Assembly: GCA_048013815.1 (NCBI GenBank)
Contig: CM106586.1
Span: forward strand, 8,308,001 to 8,372,000
Length of the DNA stretch: 64,000 nucleotides
Direction: 5' to 3'
Source of the DNA: Setoptus koraiensis
Lineage: Eukaryota > Animalia > Arthropoda
A model generated the notes under the pieces. It was not told the origin of the DNA. It searched no databases and worked only from the letters and a program-made list of their open reading frames with translations. Shown here one piece after another: positions 22,401-33,668 of the stretch (position 1 is its first letter; every line of letters begins with the position of its first letter). The position numbers and the translations under genes are program-made.

Positions 22401-23590
22401 ATTTCAACAATAATCGCGCCGTCTTGTTGAATAATCGTCCCTCAGTTAGCAGCGATCAAGAGTCTAATGATTCAATGTCGGTCGATTCCTATGCGTCTTC
22501 CGGTGCCAAATACCCGATGATACTAAACGATTTCGATGTGCCAGCAACTATCAGGGTGGCGGTGAGACGTATTTCGTTGGAGGAAATCAATCAAGAATCG
22601 ACACATTTCAACACGGAACAAGCGGACAAGCAGCAACAGCAACAAGTTACCAAGGCAACTCAAACAGGCAAAATGAGTTCAATATCCAGCATTGCAGAAA
22701 AACTGTCAATCCGCAAGTTTTCCGGCGGACAATCTAAACAACAAACACCCACAAATTATTGCTACGAAGTTGAATTGATTGAGGCGAGAAATATCTCACA
22801 ATCACAACATCAAACAGCATCAAAATCGCAAGGTTCCACTGGTATCTCTCAAGAGTCCTCTCGAGCAACAAGTAGAAGAGCTAGTATAATGAATGCTCTG
22901 ATTCCATCCGGCTCCAATAGACGATCCTCAATTGATGGAGTATTTGTCAGAGTATTCAAATCACAACAATCGGTCCTCACACAACATCTACAATCCGGTG
23001 CATGCAATGAGGCCACGAAACAAGCCCCGCAAAAATTAGTCCGATCAAGCAACTCACAATCTTTGGATTCTGACACGTATTCAGTATCGTCATCGTCCAT
23101 TTTGGATCTAGGATACGGTTCTGAATATATCCAGTCACCAATGGGTCGCCAACAAAATGGCAGTGTTGTCTTTGAGCCAAATTCGATGAAGATTACCTGT
23201 CATGAACACGAATTTCCATTACGAGTCTCACTATATCAACTCGACAAAAAAGGGGCTAGATATACCCTGGGACACTGTTTTGTATCACTCGAAGATTGGC
23301 TGCACGATTCTGATTGCAACACTTTAGACAGTGGAACGTCGGATATAATGGACGCGCGGTCAGTGGACGGAGGAAGAAAAGATTCTCAGAGTGACGAACA
23401 AGCAAGCTCGTCCAGATCGTCGACAACGTCGGATGGTGTAGTTCGAAGAAGATCTTCATTGTGCCTGAATGGATTGCCTGCGGTCCTCGAGCAACAAAAG
23501 ATACGCTTCACGATAATAGAGAGGCCATCTACTCATGCGGTTATTATAGACTTTAAATTGTACCAGACCATATTCGATGCAATCAAGTAA
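19452..23590 (+). CDS. Single-pass membrane protein with long low-complexity linker and one degenerate C2-like domain (synaptotagmin-like architecture), about 1110 aa, join(19452..19605,19746..20658,21020..21685,21991..23590)
   Basis: All three introns are GT-AG and phase-compatible (1, 2, 2): G|GTACTT..TCATCAG|GA, AT|GTAAGT..GATAG|A, AC|GTAGGT..TATTCAG|T. TM helix YLLVLAGGFLITLIVTIVLLL is followed by KKRR. C2-like strands are YEVELIEARNI, IDGVFVRVF, VVFEP and LRVSLYQLDKKGARYTLGHCFVSL. The exon 3 acceptor is the least certain junction. Confidence 0.7.
19639..19703 (+). repeat. 13-bp tandem repeat TGATGCTGGCAAA x5 inside predicted intron 1
   Basis: Five exact copies, read directly from the sequence. 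Confidence 0.95.
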
Positions 23591-23790
23591 TGTCCAAGCC
23601 CCAAGGGTTCAACTAACTTATTCTCAAGAACAGGTCCAGTGTTACAATTACTAATAAATATGCGTCTGTTTCTTTACTTTGATTAGGCTTGGAAAATACA
23701 AATTTAGATTTAGTAGGCTTTTTTCGAATTAGGACGGTTTTGTATGTGTGAAATCATGGCATATTTAACATTCGCGTCACTTAGAATCGA

Positions 23791-25002
23791 TCATACTTTT
23801 TTCACGATTTGCACAACATCTTCGTCGTTCAATTCATGGTCTTTGCCCACTCTCTGTGGAAAATGTTTCACTGATGAGCCCCAAACTAGGGCGTAACTAA
23901 ACTCCTTGATGATAGTCTTGTGCACTTTACAACAAAAATCTTCAACTGTTTTCTTGTCTCTTCGCAAAATTATAGGAGCCTCATAATCAGGCAACTGACC
24001 CTTTGGCTTGGTGTAGATGCGAACTAGGTCCAAGTAACGCCACGTCAGATCGAGAAGATCGTCATAATTCCATTTGTGCTGAGCTGAAATTGGAACGGCG
24101 TGAGGCACTCTATAAATAACATCAAGCTCCTCCACGGATATTTGATCGATTTTGTTCATAACATAGATGCAAGGTACATAAATTCTGTTACCTTCAATGA
24201 CATCAATAAGATCATCAGTAGTTGCGTCACACTTAAGAACAACATCGGCATTGTTTATCTTATATTCGGCCAATATTGCTTTTATCGTGTCCACATCGAG
24301 CTCACTCTGGGAAACTAAGGCCTGCATAGCTATACCACCTTTATCTTTCTTGCGTACTACCACCGCTGGAGGTTGCTTGTTCAACCTAAGGCCGAAACCC
24401 TCTAATTCTTTTTCAATAAGTCTTTTATGTTGCAAAGGTTTCAAGACATCCAACACAATATAGATAAGGCCGCAAGTTCGGGCGACTGCTATGACTTGCC
24501 TACCACGACCTTTACCATCTTTAGCTCCCTCAATAATTCCGGGCAAATCGAGCATCTGAATTTTTGCTCCCTTGTATCGTATCACTCCCGGAACTGTGGT
24601 CAATGTTGTAAACTCATATGCAGCAACCTCAGAATATACGCCGGCTAAATTGCTGATAAGCGTTGATTTACCCACTGATGGAAATCCGACAAAGCCTATT
24701 CTAGCATCACCTGTTTTAGCCACATCGAAACCCTCTCCGGGACCTCCTCCTCCTCCTTTAGGGGTGATTAGTTCACGTCTTAATTTGGCCAATCTAGCTT
24801 TCAATAGACCAAGATGGCCCATGGTAGCCTTGTTCCTTTGAGTTCGGGCCATCTACAAGCATAAGTTTGCGTTGTTTTTGATTGAATGGAACGAGAAGAT
24901 AATATGTTAGATAGTGTTGGAATGGATAGAAATAATTTTAGTTGAGTAGGCGAAAATACGCACCTCAGCCTCAATGGCCGAAATCTTTTCTAATGTGGTC
25001 AT
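23791..25002 (-). CDS. DRG1: Developmentally regulated GTP-binding protein 1 (OBG family, TGS domain), 366 aa, join(24964..25002,23791..24852)
   Basis: Exon 1 [13 protein letters not shown], then a 111-nt intron (GTGCGT..TTGTAG), then [37 protein letters not shown]1 GFPSVGKS, G2 YEFTT, G3 DLPG, G4 NKID, and C-terminal TGS region ending [11 protein letters not shown]. Confidence 0.97.
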
Positions 25003-25283
25003 GTTTAGTTGTTTGGGGTTCCTAGTATTGATATCTAATTATATCTAAGCTTATTTTTGTCGGTAAAATAATATCTCATAATGATTCATCCATCAAATAT
25101 CGTCGTTTTGCCAAGCAATCCAGAAATATCGGTGCTGGTACCCGAAGTATCAGACAAACAATGTGTCGTTTCGCCTGAAGCCTTGGAACTTTTGCCCGGA
25201 TCGGTAATAACTTGACCACTGTTATCCTTTTTTGAAATATTCTAAATATAATAAAGAGAAAATCTGCTATGACAATAATTTAA

Positions 25284-25570
25284 GGACACGTGCCCACCGC
25301 TCTCACAGATGGAGATCGCACTCCTTACAGAGCTCCTCACGCTCGTCAGGAGTGCGATCTTCCGTCATTGGGAGGCAGCACATGTCTCAGCACAGGGTGT
25401 GAAATAAAAATGGGAAACAGACTGGGTAATGAACCCAGTAAAATCAAGCACAGTGTTTCTGTTGCAAACTATATCCTTTGGAATCAGCATGGGAGTGCTC
25501 CTGTCCGCAGTCTATTCAGAACATGGGAGTTGATTTATGCATGCCCCGAACAACATGTTCGAAACAAAGC
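25284..25570 (+). ncRNA. Candidate structured non-coding RNA (long 5' hairpin with paired GAUC/GAUC); identity unresolved
   Basis: About 100-nt hairpin 25284-25387 with a perfect 13-bp core (25313-25325 / 25348-25360). G-U pairs favour the + strand. Further stems at 25421-25427/25433-25439 and downstream. No convincing ORF on either strand. Confidence 0.4.
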
Positions 25571-25649
25571 AACTAAAATATATAAAGGAATTGCATATGA
25601 CCTACTATTTATTATAACAAACATTCTTCATGTGTCACGTTGTAGGATT

Positions 25650-26283
25650 CTAATCCAGACACCTTTGGTTCCATTCGGCAAATTTATTTCTCTTCAGTTC
25701 GTTTACTTTAGATTGCATAGCTTTGGACAGTCTGACACGTTTGTAGAATGTAACATGCTCGCCAGCATTGAATATAAGAAGTCGTCGATAATCGTTCGGA
25801 TTGAATTTGCACTGACCTTCATCATTCCTGCCAACTACCTTCTTGCTCACTTTTAAGCGTCTTTCTCTTGCCATATACCTACGAACATTCCTGCTGAGGA
25901 ACCTCCTACTTGCTATTTTGGCATTATCGGTGTCGATTTCTTGATCTTCATCTTCTGACAGCGTTTCAGTGTCCAGCAACTCTATAGTTAATTTAGCTTC
26001 TGGTCTGTACATTATCACTTTGAAGCAGTTTTCATCCTCTAATACTTGTTCAATCTTCTTTTGGTAGCTCGGTTCGTCAAGAGATCTAGATTCTTTTAAA
26101 TACAAGTTTGTACATTGCTGACATACCTCATCAGCAACTATGTGCTGCAATTGTCTGACAATGTTTTGAACGACTTTATCCAGTGTAAATGCCACATAAG
26201 CATGTATACCGAACATATCTCTGAGCATATCTTCACACTGAAAACCATCTAGGTTCCCGTCGAGCAATATTCTTAATCATATC
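25650..26283 (-). pseudogene. SIN3A: Sin3A C-terminal (Sin3a_C) fragment with apparent +1 frameshift at 26268; either a partial duplicate/pseudogene or a terminal exon
   Basis: LLDGNLDGFQCEDMLRDMFGIHAYVAFTLDKVVQNIVRQLQHIV..DENCFKV..LTIELLDTE resembles the Sin3A C-terminus. The upstream codons GAT ATG ATT AAG AAT (DMIKN) match the expected D-M-x-x-x-L-L-D-G-N but are one base out of frame. No PAH/HID-encoding sequence was seen elsewhere in the window. Confidence 0.75.
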
Positions 26284-26530
26284 TATACCAACCAACGAAC
26301 CAACTGACATTTCTAGAGAACAGGATGTTGCTTACAATGTAATTGAGCTACAATCATGAGCATCAGTGTCACGACAGATGATGATAATAAAAGTATGGAT
26401 TGCAATAGAAAGCCGACTCAGACATTAGATTGATAGGTGAGCGTCCCAGAAATAAGCTTCCACCTTAATTTATTGATTGACTTGATTCCCGTAAATATTA
26501 CAGTGTAGATTACACTCGACTGATAACAGT

Positions 26531-27604
26531 TTAAAAGTTGTATAGATCCTTATTAAGAGGGGGCTTCTTTTCTCCCGTAGTATAATCATAGAAACCCTTT
26601 CCAGACTTCTTTCCATAATGGCCTCTCTTGACGAGGTTTTCCAATATTTTGGGTGAAGGCATAGAAACGTCTTTGTGGCCCGAGGCTCGCCAGGCCTCAA
26701 AGATCATGTGCGTTGTGTCGAGGCCGACATAGTCACTCAATTCAAATGGGCCCATAGGATAGCCGGCGCCTAATTTCATTGCGGTATCCACATCGGGAAC
26801 AGTGGCATCGCGTCGCTCAACCATTGATATGGCGTCTCGCATGTAGGGCAACAATAGTCGATTGACAATGAAACCTGGCGTGTCACGACAAACAACGCTG
26901 ACACGATCAATATTTTTGACAAACTCAATCAGGGCCGTCATGGTTTCTTCACTTGTGGCTGGACGTGGCTTATTGTGGCCGCCTTGAGGATACTCAACCT
27001 TCACTACCTCGACTAATTTCATTAGATGAACGGGATTGAAGAAATGAAGTCCACCAAAGCGGCTAGTATCTGTTATATGGAGGGCTATATCTTTGCATGA
27101 CAACGACGAGGTGTTAGTGGCTAGTATATTGCTCTTTTCTTGACCAAATCTACTATCAAGATCTTGGAATAATTTTTGTTTCAAATCCAACCTCTCGGGA
27201 ACGGCTTCCACAACAAGTAAATTTTTGGCATTTTCCACCTCAAGGCTTGTTGTAAAATTGATACTGTTAATAATTTTTTCATCGTCCAACTCTGGTTTTT
27301 TGCTCTTTATCCTTTGTAGATTTTTGATCATCTTTTCTCTGGCCACATTCAATTGTTTGTCATTGATATCGTACAATGTGACAGATTTCAATTTTTGGCT
27401 AGTGGCAGCCTGTTGAGCCACGCCGGCCCCCATTAGACCCGAACCTATGACGAGCAGATTCTCTATCGCTTGTTGATTGGCCATGAGCGGTTTAGAGATA
27501 CTGAAAAATCTTCGAGACAGAGGTGTCGTTTTAGTTAGAGTTGATAAAAAAGGCGATGAACACACTCTAATGGTGGCTAGATTTACAAGAATTTTTCCGC
27601 TCAT
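26531..27604 (-). CDS. HADH: Mitochondrial 3-hydroxyacyl-CoA dehydrogenase (short-chain), 357 aa, single exon
   Basis: Basic/hydroxylated transit-peptide-like N-terminus, Rossmann motif IGSGLMGAG, and EAVPE, TNTSSL, GLHFFNP, PGFIVNRLL and GAGYPMGPFELSDYVGLD motifs. Confidence 0.97.
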   Translation of the reverse strand: MSGKILVNLATIRVCSSPFLSTLTKTTPLSRRFFSISKPLMANQQAIENLLVIGSGLMGAGVAQQAATSQKLKSVTLYDINDKQLNVAREKMIKNLQRIKSKKPELDDEKIINSINFTTSLEVENAKNLLVVEAVPERLDLKQKLFQDLDSRFGQEKSNILATNTSSLSCKDIALHITDTSRFGGLHFFNPVHLMKLVEVVKVEYPQGGHNKPRPATSEETMTALIEFVKNIDRVSVVCRDTPGFIVNRLLLPYMRDAISMVERRDATVPDVDTAMKLGAGYPMGPFELSDYVGLDTTHMIFEAWRASGHKDVSMPSPKILENLVKRGHYGKKSGKGFYDYTTGEKKPPLNKDLYNF

Positions 27605-27751
27605 CGTGTTTGTCTCAATGTATTATCTGGATGAAGAGATCCCTTGAGTGAGCATTAATACTTGAGATGGCTGAGAATAAGTGATGAGTTAATATCTAGT
27701 AGCCGTGAACCACCTGTAATGGAGACCAATGTTCAAGAAGGTCTCATGAAA

Positions 27752-28334
27752 TTAAAATCGATGTCCGTCAATAACTATACAAACTTGTATATTTGAATTT
27801 GCTCGATAGCAGCGCTCAATTTGAAAGTTTGAATTGATAATCGCGGCGTAACGTGGATCATAATCGACCTCCGCGATCACTCGTTCGCGGCCATTCGCCA
27901 CAATTAGTTTGATGCGTCTGAGAGGGGCTATAGATGTGGTTGGCATTACATGGCTGCAACTGCGATGAATATCCCTCTTTGCATAACTGTGTATCGGCCA
28001 TTGATTAGCAAACAATTGATTAGCAACTGACGAAAGTCTAGACAGTTGACATTGTCTACCGTGGCATACCGTGAGCGGCTTGCCGAAATTCTCGTCTGTT
28101 CCGACGATTGATCGAGAGGCCTGATTGAGCCGAGACAACCCGTTGTTCAGCTGTCATTCTGTAGCTGCAAGTCAATTCTAGATAAGTATTGATGGCACCC
28201 CTGGAAAAAAGTAAAGAATTTCCATTGTTTGATAGATTCAAGAATGGTCTATGATTGATGATCTACCGTTTCAATTTATTTGCGTACTAAACCATGTACT
28301 TGGGCGAGCAAAGTCGAAGAGATCCGCTCGTCAT
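27752..28334 (-). CDS. Putative 3-exon ORF of unknown function (136 aa), join(28300..28334,28060..28200,27752..27986)
   Basis: Strong acceptors TTTACTTTTTTCCAG (28201) and ACACAG (27987) with phase-compatible GT donors link two ORF-track frames. Sequence is normal complexity. No recognised domain. Confidence 0.25.
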
Positions 28335-28880
28335 AAGCGCCCCAGTCTGGAGCTTATCTTCTTTTCAACTAAGCTAGCGCCCTGTCTGGAAATGCATCAT
28401 GATGTAGAACATGGTGTTGATGTTGTGTAGTGCTCGGTAATGTTGGCCAAATCGAGCTAACCACAACCAACAACTAACCTGTAAGTCCAGTAATCTGTGT
28501 CCAACTGGCAAAGGAACACCAACAACATTATGTGAGCAAATGTACTCAGTTACAATAATGGGCTTAGCTAGCAGCTAGGACAGGTAGTAATCATCGTGCT
28601 AGTATCGATGGAATGGGTGTAGGTCAGAGCATAACTGCATTAGCAGCATCGACACCCACGACCTGAGCAATAGCAACAAGAAAATTTGGCCATCAGCACC
28701 GATTCTTCTTCAGTCATGCTCATGTGGATATAACAAATTGTTTCGCATAAAAACAGCCTGCCATATCATTATCGTCATGGGTTTGCACTGCAAAAAGCGA
28801 TCATGTTAGTGTGATGGTGATGGTTTAAGGGCAATGTAATAATCTACTTCTTGTTACTGTTTCCGGCCGTAAAAATAGCA

Positions 28881-28915
<35 letters not shown>

Positions 28916-30775
28916 TCTCTAATATCTTACATTTTTGCCTCAACTCACTTAGTGTGTAGTTAGTGCATGGAATCACTTAACTATTAACTACAACTACAAC
29001 CATCTAGCATGTTTTGGTAGATAGCAAATGATTATTAGATTGAGGTGTTTTACAATTGAGCGTCGCTTTCTTTGTTATTTGGTTTGCTCCTTTGTCTTAG
29101 TTGTTACTTAAGATCTTATCCAGTTCACGCTTTGCACAAAATTACATAATACAATGTAGTTAGTAGTTTTACATGTATTTAATGCCGAGTCAGGTAAGAT
29201 AAAGAGTTGCTACCATGGCAACTAGCCATCATGACTACCACAGTCATAATCATCATGCAGCTGTTCTTCTTATGCCTTCTTTCCATTATAATGGCCCGAT
29301 CGAGACAATAATAATAACAACAACAACAACATGTAATAACAGCATAAAACAACAAGAGTAATTTATGTACCTTTCGATGAATGACTAATAAGCAAAAGAA
29401 AATTGCTCCAATGTTGTTTATGTACAAAGTATTTTGTGTGCCTTGCTAAATTGACTAGCTAAACGGGGTATAATTTGATTGATTATACACACACAACAAC
29501 AACGCCAGCAATATAAATATAAATATAAATAGAACTATAACAGCAACATTTGGGCAAGACAAGAGAAATTATGGTTCTGATAATCTGTTAGTTGTTGTTG
29601 ATAGTTTAAAATGGCCCAAAGAGTTTCCAATCTGTAGCTACTAATATTACTAAATTTGTTCTTGTGTTTATGCTAATGTAATTGATGCAAATGTAAATGA
29701 ACAAATTAATAGACGCCTGACAATAAAAGCAAAATTGATACCGGTTTGCTATTTATAAACAACGACAATTTATGGGCATAGGGACAACGCTGATGAAAAT
29801 CTGGCTAATTTGCTGGCCAACAACAACAACGGCCAGACGCAGACTGCAATAGGCCAGGTCAAGCGGAGATGATTGTCGTGATTATTTATATTTTTATTGT
29901 GTTTGCAACAGACACAGACAGTGGTCTGGCGATGATGATAATGATGATGACAAAAACAAAACAAAACAAAAGTCAAGATAAAATAAAACACTCAACTAGG
30001 CAGCTATAAAACCAATTGGCTCACCTGTGCACACCTAATGCCACACACCAGGTATAGTTTGTAGTGTCTTGTGTATATACTGGTTGCTGTTGCTGTAGAC
30101 TGAAACTAGACAAACTTTTTCGTTTTAACATGACGTTATGTCGTCGCAAGCAGTGTGTTATAATTGTGACACTTTTGTGACCTTGTACATCATTTCTCAT
30201 CTCATCAGTGGCTACATTGTTCATGCAACAACGTTCAAACAGCAACAACAGCAAGCTGCCATATGTATATGTGTATAATAAAAGCTAACTATTACCAACT
30301 ACACAACTATTATCAAATTGTTGTTGGCTAACATGCCTAACTAATTCAGCCAACTATGACGTAATGTGTAAGATGTTGAAGGTCAGTGTTTTAGATTCTC
30401 TCTTGAATTTGTTTTGTTGGTTGTTGTGAGCTTGCAGTTTGTTGTTTCTTTCTCATTCGTTCGTTGGTTCGTTGGTTCGTTCGTTTGTGTCCTCTAGATA
30501 CCACTGTAGAGTCTAGAATGTGTCCACCAGACTTTGGACACATTATGTCTCAACACTGTCCGCATGCTGTATACAGTTAACAAATGGTGTCAGTCTGAGC
30601 ATAGTCTGGAAACGCATTATGAGTTATTATGAGTGGGTAGTGGATAAACTGGAGTATGTTGCTGCATATAAAGTGATAATCATCAACAATAACAATAATC
30701 ATGACACGCATGAACTGCAAAATGTTGCCGATTTTAGATGGTCGACACATATGCAAATTACGCAATACTACTAAC

Positions 30776-30822
<47 letters not shown>

Positions 30823-30874
30823 TAATGATAATAGTGTTAATAATGATAGTAACAATAACAATAATAATAATAAT
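30776..30874. repeat. (AAT)n microsatellite, about 14 perfect units then degenerate
   Basis: Directly visible. It is the source of the poly-N, poly-I and poly-L ORFs. Confidence 0.95.
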
Positions 30875-33591
30875 CTTAATCGCAATACGCACAAGTGCAC
30901 ACAATTACAATAATAATGCCATTATAGTTTTTCAATCTTGTGTCCTTCTCTCTTTGTCTCTCACCAAAGATCTTTAGTTTTTTAGTCTAGTTGCATAACC
31001 GGACACAGCGACAACAATCCACTGTAGTGAATATAGATACAGGTGCAAATGAATAGCTCGCCGAGATGAAAAGACCAATAAAAGTCTAAGAATAAGTGGC
31101 CCGCCTGTGATACTTGTCAGCCATTAATTGGCACTCAGTGTCACCTGTCGCTAGGTGCTGATAACGCTAATTGATGCACCGGCTAAGGGATGCGATTCTT
31201 GGTTTACATGGCGCTTCCCAGTTCCCATTGGCCAGAGTCGATTTGTTAATGGCCAGTTAATTTCACACGCCCGACTATGTAACTGGAGGAAAGATAATTG
31301 ATAATGAGCATTTGATAATAAGGCTTCCAATTGTGACACGGAGATGAAGGTTACTGTCTGGCAATGATCATCAAACAGTTGTCGTTGTGTCCCACATAGA
31401 CAACTGTTTGACATATAGACATGCAAATGACATAATTGCTAATTGGTGCAACCAAAATGCTGTTTGGATATCATATATACACAGATATCATATAACAGAG
31501 TGTGGCCAACGGAAACGGCCCACCAGACGAATTTGAACGCCAGATAGCGCCACCTACCCTGGTTGTAGGCACCAAATACAGTGGTGGCGAGCGACCATGA
31601 TGATACAGCCCGGATAACTGATTAAGGGTGGCGCAATTTCTTAAAATATAGTCAACAAGTGCACCTTGTAAACAAATGTTGTTTTATATCATTCTCATTC
31701 TCATTCTAACAACAGCAACTTGTAAGCCAACTTGAAACAGTAAGTATGTGCGCATCATAATCAAATCAGGTCAGGTTTAATTTGAATTTAAAACTAATAA
31801 ATCATTCAATTCATTGTTTATCTGGCCATTAAGCGCAAAATGGCTGCACACTGTAGTGAGTTGACGTTAATTATTGCCTAAACTAGACTGGCCAGACGCC
31901 AGTTAGCTCGTTTTTGTTGTCGTTAGTGGTTAGTGTGATGAAAAAGCAAGCCATACAACCTATCCATTATAAATGGGCCAGAGAGAGAGAAATGTTGAAA
32001 CTTTTGTATGAAACTCAACACTAATCTAATGACAGCGTCATCAGTCAGCGCAAACAAGTCGGCGAGCGTTGGGCCGAACGTTCATTCATTCCACTGAGAA
32101 TTTCCACTGAGCTTGCTGAAAACTTGATGCCTCACACAAGTGAAAGATGCCATCTCATTTTTATCTTTATCACACACAACTTGTGTGACACAAGCGAATA
32201 CGAGATACGAGATACGAAATTGAATTGAATCGAATGTAACATCGCGCATGCATGTAATTTGCATATCTGCATGTATGAACCGCTCTGGTTGGTTGGTCGC
32301 TCGCTAGGTGAACCAATTGCGACTGTCAGCTTGGCCAATGATGACAACTATTTGAAACTTATGAACAAGCTTGAGTTGCAGTTGTAGCTTGAAAACTGTA
32401 GCTGTCAACTAGAGCAACAACAACAGTCTAACAGCAGCAGCAGCAGCAACAAGGCGCAACCAACAGAAGCTTTCGGGCAGGCCAATGCACCGAGTGGCAG
32501 CACTTTTGTTTTATATTATGTAGGGCGACTGGTCGTGTTATGTAAGCTCGCTTTGTGGAGCGGCCATAACATCAATTAGTCGTCACTCTACTGTATTTTG
32601 CTATCTGTCTGCATAGTTTGCCTGTTGCGTCATAAAGCTTGCCATATGACTCAAGTGTTTGACACTTGAATAACGCCACCACTGACAATGCTCAACTTCG
32701 GTCGCTGCCATTCGCTTTGCGGGCCATATTTGGCCAGTTGGCAGCTCATTGTCTTTGGCCAACAGATCACCTGGCCACTGGTTATTGTGGCGAGCGTATG
32801 TCTAGCAGCGCAAGTAATGTCGGCGGCACTGGTCAAGATTGGACACCGCGCAGTCAGTGGATATAAAAATTTATCCTCCATCAATGCTGATCATTGTGTG
32901 AAATTATTATCACTATTACTATTATCATCACTATTACTATTATTATTATAATTTGCAACGCCTGTTTGAGCAGCATTTCAATCATGATTAGCGCTGACCG
33001 TCCTTGCCAGCGAATAGCCAGCAACCAAAATTTGCCTGCAAGTTGCTGGCTATTGGCTGCATAGCCGCTGCATACTGTGGGCAACAAAATGCAATGTGTG
33101 CCCACAGTATCCAGCGGATGCCCCCGCCAACTTGTTGTTGTTGTTGTTGGCCGTTTGTTATCATATAATAATCATATAATAATTTTCTGCGCAAGTTGTT
33201 GCTAAAACAACAACAGCAACAACCGCACGAACAACATTAACAATGTGCCAGCAAAGAGAGAAGAGACAATTGGAGACAATGGATGAGGAGAAGAAATTCT
33301 CCTTCTCTCTCTGTTCGGGCCCACCATTATTATGTGGTAACAACATATGATGACCTGACAATGGCTAATGGTTATTTCGAATGGGCTGCGGCAGCTCGCC
33401 GAGCACAGCCAGTAATGGATTGATCAAATTAATTAACTGATATTATGTTTGTTGTTGTTGTTATTACCGACTCACGAGCTTGAGAGTGCAAAGTTTAGAC
33501 ACAATTGCTCAAATATCGATAATACTGGCGCTGCTGCTGGTGCCCGCTTGCTGGCCATGGGCACCAGCAATACATATACTGGCCCCGTATA

Positions 33592-33668
33592 CCAGTATAT
33601 GGCCAGTATATGGCCAGTATATGGCCAGTGTATGGCCAGTGCATGGCCAGTGTATGGCCAGTATATGG
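33592..33668. repeat. 11-bp tandem repeat CCAGT(A/G)(T/C)ATGG x7, preceded by one inverted copy (33573-33584)
   Basis: Directly visible. Confidence 0.9.

Noticed and set aside
25086-25241. 51-codon minus-strand frame after a TTTAG acceptor (NISKKDNSGQVITDPG..), and a Y-RNA-like GCUGGU..CUUGACC + T6 on the + strand
   Set aside because: No matching upstream donor or exon was identified. The Y-RNA Ro-binding stem does not pair properly (extra bases in GGUACCCGA).
25290-25856. 188-aa + strand ORF
   Set aside because: GTG start, no domain, overlaps the Sin3 fragment antisense. The region is better explained by RNA structure.
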